A DNA stretch of 64,000 bases from assembly GCA_964344185.1 (NCBI GenBank), contig CAYFMN010000007.1:36954-100953 (forward strand), in the 5' to 3' direction. The notes beneath the pieces were generated by a model. The model searched no databases, was not told the origin of the DNA, and saw nothing but the letters and a program-made list of their open reading frames with translations. This DNA comes from an uncultured Nitrospinota bacterium. GTDB lineage: Bacteria > Nitrospinota > Nitrospinia > Nitrospinales > JAJDAT01. Below, piece after piece: positions 1 through 9,342 of the stretch. The position numbers and the translations under genes are program-made. The number at the start of each line of letters is the position of its first letter. Positions within the stretch are counted from its first letter, which is position 1.

Positions 1-1
1 T

Positions 2-274
2 TTTAAATCGCATTTAAATTTGGACGACATTGAAGGCGAAGGTTTTGTCAGAGCGACGCATAACCTGATTGATTTTTATAAACGGCGCTATCTGCCAGCT
101 CAAGAACAACCTCCTTTATTAACTGGAGACGATCTTCAAAATGAATTTAAACTTTCTCCATCTCCCATTTTTAAATCTATTCTAGAATATATTGAAGAAG
201 GGAGAGTTTTAGGAACCATCAAAACGAAAGAGGACGCTAAAAAAATGGTGAAGAGCATGGTTGAAAGTTTTTAG
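2..274 (+). CDS. 3' end of a tRNA nucleotidyltransferase / poly(A) polymerase-family (CCA-adding-like) gene, cut by the window edge
   Basis: The frame is open from nt 2, with no stop before the TTG that the ORF track uses. The tail PPLLTGDDLQNEFKLSPSPIFKSILEYIEEGRVLGTIKTKEDA resembles the C-terminal tail of PcnB/CCA-family enzymes. This is by-eye similarity only. Confidence 0.4.
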   Translation, partial: FKSHLNLDDIEGEGFVRATHNLIDFYKRRYLPAQEQPPLLTGDDLQNEFKLSPSPIFKSILEYIEEGRVLGTIKTKEDAKKMVKSMVESF

Positions 275-310
275 GCAACCTTCGATAACAACAGCAATAG
301 GAACTTCAAG

Positions 311-967
311 ATGTCATTAAATTTTTCGAATAAAGTCTGGAACGACAAGAAAGTTATTTTAGGCGAACAGAAACTCGATCCTCAAGCTCCTGTCCGCGTT
401 GTAATTGGTTTTCACGGGGCCGAATCTACTCCAGAAAACATGTTAGTCCATGGCAGCAAACTAAATATTCCAAATTCCCTTTTGGTTTTTCCTGAAGGCC
501 CTATTGACGCCGACAACGGACTTTGGAGCTGGTGGAAAGACGGTCCGAAACAAAAAGAAACGGTTCAATCTTTTGTGACGGTTACGGATGGAATTTTCAA
601 TCAGGCGCATGAATATGTTAAAGAAGAATACAAAAACGCGTCGATAAAATTTTTTACCTGGGGATTTTCGCAAGGAGCGGCGGCGGTTTTAGTCGCTGTC
701 TTATTCGGTTCCCAACAAATTCAAAAAGCGGCTTCCGTCTGCGGTTTTTTGCCGGAATTGCCGGAAGAAGCCGTCAAACCTGAAAACCCTGTTCCAATCC
801 TCGGCATATTTGGAGCTAACGACGAGGTCGTACCGTCTTTCCTGGCAGAACACGCTTTAGAAGAAATTAACCAGATGGGACATCAGGCGCAAATTAAAGA
901 AACTCCTCAAGGACACGAGATAACTCCAGAAAATATATCGGAGATAAATCAATATTTTGGGAACTAG
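311..967 (+). CDS. alpha/beta hydrolase, phospholipase/carboxylesterase family
   Basis: Nucleophile elbow GFSQG, oxyanion-region GFHG, Asp in GANDEVVP and His in PQGHEI. The size (218 aa) is typical of Abhydrolase_2-type esterases. Confidence 0.6.
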   Translation: MSLNFSNKVWNDKKVILGEQKLDPQAPVRVVIGFHGAESTPENMLVHGSKLNIPNSLLVFPEGPIDADNGLWSWWKDGPKQKETVQSFVTVTDGIFNQAHEYVKEEYKNASIKFFTWGFSQGAAAVLVAVLFGSQQIQKAASVCGFLPELPEEAVKPENPVPILGIFGANDEVVPSFLAEHALEEINQMGHQAQIKETPQGHEITPENISEINQYFGN

Positions 968-999
968 TTCTTTTCAATTTTTAATATAACGTTTGATAT

Positions 1000-1869
1000 A
1001 TGAAATCCCTAAAGATCTTATTTGCAGCCCTTTTCTTTCTCTTAAATTGGAATTCAGTTACTTTTGCAAAAACCGCGCAACGAGTTATTTCTTTCTCTCC
1101 ATCCATAACGGAAGTGTTATTTGCAATTGGAGCAGGAAATCAAGTAGCGGCTGTGACAGATTTTTGCACCTACCCTGAAGAAGCTTTAAAGAAACCTAAA
1201 ATTGGCGGCATGCTGAACTCTAGCGCAGAGTCAATCATCGCTTTGAAACCCGACATGATGATTTTTCAGCCGGGAAAATCCAACGTTAAACAGTTTGCTA
1301 AAAACTTAAATGTTGATTATATAGAAGCCTCTTTCCAAGATTTAAACTCTATTTACCAATCCATTCAAGATATTGGGAATGTTGTAGGAAAAACAAAAGA
1401 AGCCCAACAGTTAATTGCCAATATAAAATCAAAACTTGCAAACTACCAGGAACGCCTTAAAAGCATGAAACCCAAATCGACGCTTTTAATTTTAGGCGAC
1501 AGTCGAGATCCCTTAAGAGACCTATATGCGGTGGGCAAAAAAACTTTCTTAGACGAGCTTCTCACTTTATCGGGCGGTGAAAATGTTTTGGACAAAACCC
1601 TTTCTCAATACCCTAAAGTTTCAAGGGAGTTCATAATTTCCCGTTCTCCAGAAGTGATCATTATTGCGGGTCCCAATAGCAATGTTACTGGGAAGGAGTT
1701 TTCCTCAAATCTAAACGCCTGGAGAGTTTTAGGTTCTGTCCGCGCCGTTCAAAACAAAAACATTCATATCGTCAGCGAGGACTATATTTTAATTCCAGGG
1801 CCTCGCCTGGTAAATATCGTCGACAAATTTTATCAAGCAATTCATTCTAACTCTTCCGCTCCAAAATAA
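1000..1869 (+). CDS. btuF: periplasmic substrate-binding protein of a BtuF/FhuD-type ABC importer (probable corrinoid binding)
   Basis: Signal peptide, then RVISFSPSITEVLFAIGAGNQVAAVTDFCTYP, typical of the Peripla_BP_2 family. It is the first gene of a block that overlaps into cob genes. Confidence 0.65.
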   Translation: MKSLKILFAALFFLLNWNSVTFAKTAQRVISFSPSITEVLFAIGAGNQVAAVTDFCTYPEEALKKPKIGGMLNSSAESIIALKPDMMIFQPGKSNVKQFAKNLNVDYIEASFQDLNSIYQSIQDIGNVVGKTKEAQQLIANIKSKLANYQERLKSMKPKSTLLILGDSRDPLRDLYAVGKKTFLDELLTLSGGENVLDKTLSQYPKVSREFIISRSPEVIIIAGPNSNVTGKEFSSNLNAWRVLGSVRAVQNKNIHIVSEDYILIPGPRLVNIVDKFYQAIHSNSSAPK

Positions 1870-2693
1870 TGGTTTCCTCAACTAATGACATATTAGAAAA
1901 CGGGTCGCCGATATTAGAATCTAATAACGTTTCCTTTCACTACACCCATGAAAAAGAAGCTATCGTAAACGCTTCTTTTAAAATCAAACAAGGAGATTTT
2001 TTAGGGGTAATAGGTCCTAATGGTTCTGGGAAATCCACTTTATTAAAATTGGCGGCGGGAATTCTCTATCCCAATAAAGGAGAAGTTTTCTATAGAAATC
2101 GATCTATTAACGATTATAAGAAAAAGGATTTAGCAAAATTAGCCGCTTGGATTCCTCAAGAATCTGGAATGGTCTTTCCTTTTAAAACTCAAGAAGTAAT
2201 ATTAATGGGTAGATATCCCTATAAATCGGGATTTTCTTTTGAAACTTCAGAGGACATGCAAATCGCTTTGGAGGTAATGGAATTAACCGGCACCAAGTTT
2301 CTTTTTGACAAAAAGTTTACCGAAATTAGCGGCGGCGAAAAACAAAGAGTTTTAATAGCAAGCGCATTAGCTCAGAAACCAGAAACTCTAATATTAGACG
2401 AGCCAATTTCGTTCCTCGATATAAAGTACCAAATAGAAATTCTTGAAATTCTTAGAAATTTAAATCAAAAACACTCCGTTACTGTGATTATGGCTCTTCA
2501 CGATTTGAATCTAGCCTCAAAGTATTGCTCGCGACTACTTTTATTAAAAGAAGGGAAAATCGTTAACGAAGGTTTGCCAAACGTGATCTTAGAGCAATCA
2601 ACCATCGAATCGGTTTACGAAACACAAATTAAAACTCTCATAGATAAAGAAGACGGTTCCTTAGTAATTCTTCCTCGAACAAGAAATAATTGA
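1869..2693 (+). CDS. btuD: ABC transporter ATP-binding protein (BtuD/FecE type)
   Basis: Walker A GPNGSGKST, signature ISGGEKQR, Walker B LILDEP. The start overlaps the upstream stop (TAATG). Confidence 0.75.
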   Translation: MVSSTNDILENGSPILESNNVSFHYTHEKEAIVNASFKIKQGDFLGVIGPNGSGKSTLLKLAAGILYPNKGEVFYRNRSINDYKKKDLAKLAAWIPQESGMVFPFKTQEVILMGRYPYKSGFSFETSEDMQIALEVMELTGTKFLFDKKFTEISGGEKQRVLIASALAQKPETLILDEPISFLDIKYQIEILEILRNLNQKHSVTVIMALHDLNLASKYCSRLLLLKEGKIVNEGLPNVILEQSTIESVYETQIKTLIDKEDGSLVILPRTRNN

Positions 2694-3700
2694 TGCATTT
2701 AGAGTTTACAAAAAAGAAAATATTTATTTCTTTAAGTTTGTTCTTCGCCTTTTTCTTATCGACATTAGTTTTAGCTCCTACAATCGGGCCGGTAGATATC
2801 GATCTAGGTAAAGCGCTATTTGGGAAAAACCTCGATTCAAGAAACGTAGACGAGGAGATTTTTTTTCTGGCTCGTCTTCCGCGTATCATTCTTGCAGCTC
2901 TTGCAGGAGCGGCATTAGCGGTAGCTGGCGCGGTTTTCCAAGCTTTACTTAGAAACGATTTAGCCGCTCCCTTCACTCTGGGAGTCTCAAGTGGAGCTTC
3001 ATTAGGAGCGGTGATTGCAATTCGCTTCTTGGGAGTTTCTCCTCAAGGGTTCTCCCTAGTGCCAATTGCGGCATTTCTCGGAAGTTTACTCGCTATCGCT
3101 CTTGTTTTTGGAATCGTTCCTAATAGACGCGGCGAACTCCCAGCCCCTGTTATGATTTTAGCCGGCGTAACCGTAAACTTTTTCTTCGCGGCTTTGGTTA
3201 TGTTTATCCATTACATTTCGGATATTTCACAATCATTCCAAATTGTTCGGTGGTTAATGGGTGGCTTAGATGTAACAGACTATTCAACTATATTATGTAT
3301 ATCTCCATTAGTTTTGATAGGAATCGCTTGTTTAACCTACTTTAGCCGAGATCTAAATTTATTGAGCGCGGGAATTGAATCGGCTCAAAGTCGAGGAGTT
3401 GATATTATTTTTGTTCAAAGGGTCGGCTTTATTTGCGCTTCCTTAATCACTGGCGCGGTTGTATCTGTTTGCGGTCCCATAACATTTCTTGGATTAATCG
3501 TTCCACATATTGTAAGGCTAATCATTGGTCCAGATAACCGTATTTTGATACCCGCTTCCATGTTGTTTGGAGCGGCTTTTTTAATAATATGCGACACCGC
3601 CGCTCGAACGATCATTGCCCCTGCCGAAATTCCAGTTGGGATTATTACGGCTATGTTGGGCGGACCGTTTTTTGTTTGGCTACTTAGAAAGAAACTTTAA
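2693..3700 (+). CDS. btuC: FecCD-family ABC permease (BtuC type)
   Basis: Polytopic membrane protein with LAGAALAVAGAVFQALLRNDLAAPFTLGVSSGASLGAV and C-terminal GIITAMLGGPFFVWLL, typical of FecCD/BtuC. The ATG at 2693 overlaps the upstream TGA; the track uses a TTG at 2690. Confidence 0.75.
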   Translation: MHLEFTKKKIFISLSLFFAFFLSTLVLAPTIGPVDIDLGKALFGKNLDSRNVDEEIFFLARLPRIILAALAGAALAVAGAVFQALLRNDLAAPFTLGVSSGASLGAVIAIRFLGVSPQGFSLVPIAAFLGSLLAIALVFGIVPNRRGELPAPVMILAGVTVNFFFAALVMFIHYISDISQSFQIVRWLMGGLDVTDYSTILCISPLVLIGIACLTYFSRDLNLLSAGIESAQSRGVDIIFVQRVGFICASLITGAVVSVCGPITFLGLIVPHIVRLIIGPDNRILIPASMLFGAAFLIICDTAARTIIAPAEIPVGIITAMLGGPFFVWLLRKKL

Positions 3701-3703
3701 AAT

Positions 3704-5209
3704 ATGGCGGCTAAAACATTAATGATACAAGGGACCGGTTCCGGCGTTGGCAAAAGCGTGCTTGTGGCCGCTCTTTGCAGGCGTTTTTTTAAAGACGGTT
3801 TACGCGTCGCTCCTTTTAAAGCTCAGAATATGTCTCTAAATTCATTTGTAACTGAAGACGGAGGAGAAATGGGGCGCGCCCAGGTTTTTCAAGCTGAAGC
3901 TTGTGGCTTAAAACCCTCTGTGGCTATGAATCCTATTTTGTTAAAACCTTCTTCTGACAACCACTCCCAAGTAATCGTCATGGGACGTCCCGTCGCCAAC
4001 TCTGACGCAAAAAATTATTACCGCAATAAAGAAAATTATTTCAAAGAAGCAATATCGGCCTTTGAATCGTTACAACAATCATTTGATCTTATTATACTTG
4101 AAGGTGCTGGCAGTCCAGCTGAAATTAATCTTAAACAACACGATGTCGTAAATATGCGCATGGCAAAATTAGCCAACGCTCCCGTATTAATTGTAGGCGA
4201 CATTGATCGAGGCGGTGTTTTCGCATGGATGAAAGGAACTTACGACTTATTGGACTCAGGAGAAAAAGATATTGTAAAAGGCTTCTTGATTAATAAATTT
4301 CGTGGAGACTTAGATTTGTTGAAACCGGGTTTAACCCAATTCGAAAATTTGGTTCACAAACCTGTTTTAGGAGTCATACCCTTTGACAGGGAATTATATG
4401 TCGATGAGGAAGATAGCGTTCCTTTACCAAATATATCGATGGAAAATGACACTCGGAACAAACTAAAAATTGACGTGATTAGACTCCCAAGAATCTCAAA
4501 TTTTACCGACGTTTCTCCCTTAATGCATAACCCAGGAATTCTTCTGCGCTATGTTTGGAGATCCGACCAGATTCAAAATCCAGACTTGATACTAATTCCT
4601 GGAAGTAAAAATGCATTAGAAGACATGATGTTCTTAAAAACCCAGGGATTAGATAAGAAAATTCACGAATGTCATAATGGAGGAACTTTAATTCTTGGAA
4701 TCTGCGCCGGTTTTCAAATGCTAGGCGATTTGTTAGAAGATCCTCACGGAATCGAAAGTTCCTCTCATCAAGTAAAAGGATTGGGACTTCTAAAAATGAA
4801 AACGGAAATACAACCGGAAAAAATCACCCGGCAAGTAAATCCATTTACTTGCGACAGCCCTGTTTTCAAAAAAGGATTAAACGCTTCCGGTTATGAAATC
4901 CATATGGGTCAATCGAAAATGCAGGGTGATTATTCATCTTTATTTGTAAACTCCAAGGGGAAAATCGTCCCAGAACTTGGAATAAGCAACTCAGACGGTA
5001 CGGTTATCGGAGTTTACATACATGGTTTTCTCGACTCCAACTCTATTCGAGAGGCTTTTTTAAAACATATCTGCCAAAAAAGAAAGCTTCCCAAAAATTG
5101 CGCTTCTTTCGACTACAAAAAGTTCCGCAATGCGCAACTCGACCGCTTATGCGACTTGTTTTCCAATAACGTTGACATGGAAAAAGTTTACGAGATTGTT
5201 CAATGTTAA
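3704..5209 (+). CDS. cobQ: cobyric acid synthase
   Basis: N-terminal MIQGTGSGVGKSVLVAALCR..APFKAQNMSLNS..GEMGRAQVFQAEA..MNPILLKP and a C-terminal glutaminase-type domain (ICAGFQMLG). Both are classic for CobQ/CbiP. Confidence 0.9.
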   Translation: MAAKTLMIQGTGSGVGKSVLVAALCRRFFKDGLRVAPFKAQNMSLNSFVTEDGGEMGRAQVFQAEACGLKPSVAMNPILLKPSSDNHSQVIVMGRPVANSDAKNYYRNKENYFKEAISAFESLQQSFDLIILEGAGSPAEINLKQHDVVNMRMAKLANAPVLIVGDIDRGGVFAWMKGTYDLLDSGEKDIVKGFLINKFRGDLDLLKPGLTQFENLVHKPVLGVIPFDRELYVDEEDSVPLPNISMENDTRNKLKIDVIRLPRISNFTDVSPLMHNPGILLRYVWRSDQIQNPDLILIPGSKNALEDMMFLKTQGLDKKIHECHNGGTLILGICAGFQMLGDLLEDPHGIESSSHQVKGLGLLKMKTEIQPEKITRQVNPFTCDSPVFKKGLNASGYEIHMGQSKMQGDYSSLFVNSKGKIVPELGISNSDGTVIGVYIHGFLDSNSIREAFLKHICQKRKLPKNCASFDYKKFRNAQLDRLCDLFSNNVDMEKVYEIVQC

Positions 5210-5937
5210 ACTTTTTTTCAGCGCTGGCTTTTTTGACCATTATTCGAATTCCAAAGTCAGGAGATTGGGAAGACGGCAAAAAAGTTCTTTATTTTCCTCT
5301 TGTGGGAATTTTAATCGGTCTTGGTTTATGGGGAATCGACTCTGTCGGGAAATTAGCTTTCAATCTAGAACTACGCTGCGCTTTTGATCTGATTTTTTTG
5401 GCTGTGATTACGGGCGGAATTCATCTCGATGGCCTTGCTGATTCGGCAGACGGCATATTAGCTCATCGCGGTCGAGAAAAAGCCCTGGAAATAATGCGAG
5501 ACTCACGTATTGGCGTCATGGGAGCGTTAGTGGTTTTCTTTTGTCTATTAATCAAATTTACCGCTCTCCAAGGCATTCCAGAAACCAACCGCTGGATATG
5601 GTTAATAGCGGCGCCAGCATTGGCCCGGACAGCTTTAACGGCAGCCCTTGTCTTTATGAACTACGCGCGAAGCGAAGGCGGTTTGGGAACGGTTTTTTTT
5701 CAAAAAAATCGTTATAGCCTTTTAAGTTTAACCCCCTGCGCATTATTAATTCCTATGCTGATTACTCCAATCATTGGATTTATCGCTTTAGTGGGATTCT
5801 GCATTACCTTAGCTTTACTTTTTTCATTTTTTAATCGTACAATAGGCGGCATGACTGGAGACAGCTTGGGTGCAACCGCAGAAATAATAGAAGCGCTTAT
5901 CATGATCGGGGGAGTCATTTTAGGTCGTTGGATCTAA
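5203..5937 (+). CDS. cobS: adenosylcobinamide-GDP ribazoletransferase (cobalamin synthase)
   Basis: Polytopic membrane protein with FPLVGILIGL, TGGIHLDGLADSADG and GGMTGDSLGATAEIIEAL motifs. It overlaps cobQ by 7 nt. Confidence 0.85.
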   Translation: MLNFFSALAFLTIIRIPKSGDWEDGKKVLYFPLVGILIGLGLWGIDSVGKLAFNLELRCAFDLIFLAVITGGIHLDGLADSADGILAHRGREKALEIMRDSRIGVMGALVVFFCLLIKFTALQGIPETNRWIWLIAAPALARTALTAALVFMNYARSEGGLGTVFFQKNRYSLLSLTPCALLIPMLITPIIGFIALVGFCITLALLFSFFNRTIGGMTGDSLGATAEIIEALIMIGGVILGRWI

Positions 5938-5951
5938 CTATAGAGCTATTT

Positions 5952-7205
5952 ATGTCAAAAAAAACTTTCCTTATTACTGGAGGATGCCGGAGCGGAAAAT
6001 CAAAATACGCTCTTGAATTAGGGAACCGTTTTCCAGGTACGAAAATATATTTAGCTACCGCTGAGGCTTTCGACGACGAAATGAAAACTCGCATTGCCCT
6101 CCATAAAGAAGAACGAGATCCAACCTGGACAACGTTTGAAGAGTCGCAAGACCCGGCTTCGGTAATAAAAAATGTCGATTCTGAAGCTTCTGTTATTTTG
6201 TTGGATTGCCTTTCTATTTGGATCGCAAACTTACTGCTTGCCGACCGAAAGCGCGAAGACATTTTAGAACAAACCCAAATTTTAGCCGAAACTTCCAATC
6301 AATCGCTTGCTTCTGTCATTATAGTGACTAACGAGGTTGGAGCGGGTATTGTTCCCGACAACAAGTTAGCCCGGGAATATCGCGATATAATTGGCGAAGC
6401 CAATCAAATTGTGGCGTCGCTATTTGACGAGGTAGCCCACTGTGTTTCAGGAATCCCGACGATTATAAAACCCAGGAATGCTGAAAATTTTCAAAAAAAA
6501 ATAGATAGCGAATCGTCACACGAATTTTCTCCTGAAAAAAAACAAGGATTATATGACGCCATCTACAAAAGAAGAGATGTCCGGCATTTTAATTCCAAAC
6601 CGGTACCGCCTTCCGTTTTGGGTAAAATCTTGAACGCCGCTCACCATGCAGGTTCCGTTGGTTTTATGCAGCCTTGGAATTTCATGATCATCGACGACAT
6701 TAATATAAAAGCAAAAGTTAAGAAAATCTTTGAACAATGCAACGAAACCGCCGCCCAAAAATTTTCTGAAGATCGCGAAAAGTTATACAGGTCGCTAAAA
6801 TTGGAAGGCATTATGGAAGCTCCTATTAATTTATGTATTACCTGCGACAGGAACCGCCTGGGTCCTAACGTTTTAGGTAGAGACACTATTCCTGAAATGG
6901 ACTTGATGAGTGGGGCTTGCGCCGTACAAAACCTCTGGTTAGCTGCAAGGGCTGAAGGAGTTGGCGTTGGCTGGGTTAGCATTCTCTCTCAAAAAGAGTT
7001 AAAAGAAGTTTTAGATATTCCTGACCGCATCGTTCCTATAGCTTATCTTTGTATCGGATATACGGATAATTTTCTAAAAAGACCTATGTTACAAACAGTA
7101 GGCTGGGAAAACCGCTTATCTATTGAAAATTTGGTGTATTACAACAAATGGGAAGGAAAACCCGGCGAAAAAGCTATTAAATTTCCTTCTGGCGATTTTC
7201 AATGA
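5952..7205 (+). CDS. cobU-bluB: fusion protein: adenosylcobinamide kinase/guanylyltransferase (CobU/CobP) N-terminal domain plus 5,6-dimethylbenzimidazole synthase (BluB, nitroreductase fold) C-terminal domain
   Basis: The N-terminal half has the P-loop LITGGCRSGKSKYALEL ..LLDCLSIWIAN..VTNEVGAGIVPDN. After a roughly 25-aa linker comes LYDAIYKRRDVRHF..AAHHAGSVGFMQPWNF..VGVGWVS, the BluB signature. It is a single uninterrupted frame. The ATG at 5952 is preferred over the track's TTG at 5928. Confidence 0.8.
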   Translation: MSKKTFLITGGCRSGKSKYALELGNRFPGTKIYLATAEAFDDEMKTRIALHKEERDPTWTTFEESQDPASVIKNVDSEASVILLDCLSIWIANLLLADRKREDILEQTQILAETSNQSLASVIIVTNEVGAGIVPDNKLAREYRDIIGEANQIVASLFDEVAHCVSGIPTIIKPRNAENFQKKIDSESSHEFSPEKKQGLYDAIYKRRDVRHFNSKPVPPSVLGKILNAAHHAGSVGFMQPWNFMIIDDINIKAKVKKIFEQCNETAAQKFSEDREKLYRSLKLEGIMEAPINLCITCDRNRLGPNVLGRDTIPEMDLMSGACAVQNLWLAARAEGVGVGWVSILSQKELKEVLDIPDRIVPIAYLCIGYTDNFLKRPMLQTVGWENRLSIENLVYYNKWEGKPGEKAIKFPSGDFQ

Positions 7206-8368
7206 ATTCTTCAAGACTACCTTCTTCTTTACCTCAAAATCGCGTCTCCGATTCGAACCAAATAGACGACACAATTTATCCGGATCATGGGGGAGACTGG
7301 CATTCCGCTCTTGCTTTATCAAATTTACCAGAAGGCGAGTTAATCGATTTTAGCGTTAGCCTAAATCCGTTAGGACCTCCCAGAATAGCCTCGAATTTGG
7401 CTTCTCAAATCATTAAAAGTTTAGAATATTACCCAGAACCAAAATCAAACCGGTTAAAAGAATGTTTCGCTGAATTTCGCGACATTCCAAAAACTTCTAT
7501 TGTAGCTGGAAATGGATCTAACGAACTTATTCACCTCATTCCACGCTTTCTGCCTAAAGGGAAAAAATGCGTTATCGTAGAACCAACATTTTCAGAATAC
7601 GACTCTGCGATAAAGTCTGCTAAGATTCCTTTAAATCAATACCTATTAAAATCAGAAAATAACTTCAAAGAAGACATAGAATCATTTCTTTTTTACCTTC
7701 AAGGCGTAGAAAATTTAGGATCTGTTGTTTTAGGTCATCCTAACAGTCCAACGGCGCATATTTGGGCTCAAGAAAGCTTATTTTCTCTCAAGAAGTTTTG
7801 CGAACGCAAAGACATCTTTCTAATAATTGACGAAGCTTTTACAGATTTTTGCGACCAACCAATTTCATTGATTCAAGAAGCCCATCAATCTAAAAACCTA
7901 ATTGTCATACAATCTCTTACCAAGTTATATAGCATTCCCGGGACCAGACTGGGCTTTTGCGTACTTCACCCTGAGAACGCTAATCGATTAGAAAGCTTGA
8001 TTCCACCTTGGAACGTTAATTCGATAGCCCAAAAACTGGGCGAGGAAATTCTAACGGATACTAAATATTTAGAAGAAACAAAGAGTTTCTTATCTATGGA
8101 AAAGGAACGCGTATTTTCGAAATTAAGCCATATTAATGCGATAAAAATATTTCCATCCTCAACTAATTTTTTTCTATTCAAACTAATTGACGACGCCCCT
8201 AATTTGTCCAATCACTTTTTTAAAAGCCTGCTTACCCAAGGTTTGATTATCAGGAACTGTGGAAATTTTTCTGGTTTGGATAATTCATTTTTTAGGTTTG
8301 CCATTCAAACTAAGGAAAAAAATAAAAAATTAGTTCAAGCTATTGAGAGTTTCTTTTTGCACGGATAA
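7202..8368 (+). CDS. cobD: threonine-phosphate decarboxylase (class I/II aminotransferase fold)
   Basis: HGGD..IDFSVSLNPLGPP at the N-terminus and PLP-lysine context SLTKLYSIPGTRLGF. ATGA overlap with the upstream gene. Lies in cob operon context. Confidence 0.8.
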   Translation: MNSSRLPSSLPQNRVSDSNQIDDTIYPDHGGDWHSALALSNLPEGELIDFSVSLNPLGPPRIASNLASQIIKSLEYYPEPKSNRLKECFAEFRDIPKTSIVAGNGSNELIHLIPRFLPKGKKCVIVEPTFSEYDSAIKSAKIPLNQYLLKSENNFKEDIESFLFYLQGVENLGSVVLGHPNSPTAHIWAQESLFSLKKFCERKDIFLIIDEAFTDFCDQPISLIQEAHQSKNLIVIQSLTKLYSIPGTRLGFCVLHPENANRLESLIPPWNVNSIAQKLGEEILTDTKYLEETKSFLSMEKERVFSKLSHINAIKIFPSSTNFFLFKLIDDAPNLSNHFFKSLLTQGLIIRNCGNFSGLDNSFFRFAIQTKEKNKKLVQAIESFFLHG

Positions 8369-8373
8369 CGGTC

Positions 8374-9324
8374 ATGGGGCTTTCTGGGCAAATTCTAACC
8401 GCTTTTTTTTTGGACCTTGTTATAGGCGACCCAAAACAATGGCCTCACCCTATCCGTTTAATTGGAACCGTAGCTAGCTGGCTTGAAGCGCAAACCCGTA
8501 ATCATATAACAAACTTAAAACTCGCGGGAGTCTTTACCGCTATACTTCTTGTAGGAAGCGTCTACGAATCAACCTATTGGACTCTCCATTACGTATATGC
8601 TATTTCCCCAGGTCTTTCAAACGGCATCTCTATTTTAATTTTATACACATGTTTGGCTACGCGTTCTTTATTTGATGAAAGCGTTCCCATTTTAAAACAT
8701 CTTTTAAAAGGCGATGAAGAGTCGGCCCGAAAAAGCCTTTCTATGATCGTTGGGCGAAATACCGAAAAGTTGGATCAAAGCGGAATCTTACGAGCGACCG
8801 TGGAAACTATTGCAGAAAATATTGTGGATGGAATTATTGCGCCTTTATTTTATGCTTTTATTGGAGGCGCCCCATTAGCTTTAGCCTATAAAACTATCAA
8901 TACACTAGATTCCATGTTTGGCTATAAGAATGAAAGATACATTAACTACGGCTGGTTTCCCGCTAAACTAGACGATGTGGCAAACTGGATACCCGCGCGT
9001 ATATCTAGGTTTATCTTATCTATATCCAGTTTTCTCTTAGGGTTCAATGGAAAACAAGCTTACAAAATTTCAATGAGAGACGGTCAAAACCACTCAAGCC
9101 CAAATGCGGGAATACCAGAAGCCGCTGTTGCCGGCGCTTTAGGTATAAAATTAGGAGGGCCTAATTATTATGGAAACTTATTGGTAAAGAAACCATACAT
9201 AGGCGACGATAGAAATGATATACAACCTAGCGACATTTCAAAATGTCATAAAATAATGTTTGGATCTTCTATTATCACATTAGTAGTTTTTACGGGTATA
9301 ATAGAGGTCTTTAATCTTATGTAA
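8374..9324 (+). CDS. cbiB: adenosylcobinamide-phosphate synthase
   Basis: Membrane protein with WPHPIRLIG, SPNAGIPEAAVAGALGIKLGGP and YIGD motifs characteristic of CbiB/CobD. Confidence 0.85.
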   Translation: MGLSGQILTAFFLDLVIGDPKQWPHPIRLIGTVASWLEAQTRNHITNLKLAGVFTAILLVGSVYESTYWTLHYVYAISPGLSNGISILILYTCLATRSLFDESVPILKHLLKGDEESARKSLSMIVGRNTEKLDQSGILRATVETIAENIVDGIIAPLFYAFIGGAPLALAYKTINTLDSMFGYKNERYINYGWFPAKLDDVANWIPARISRFILSISSFLLGFNGKQAYKISMRDGQNHSSPNAGIPEAAVAGALGIKLGGPNYYGNLLVKKPYIGDDRNDIQPSDISKCHKIMFGSSIITLVVFTGIIEVFNLM

Positions 9325-9342
9325 TCATAGTTTTCTAGATTT

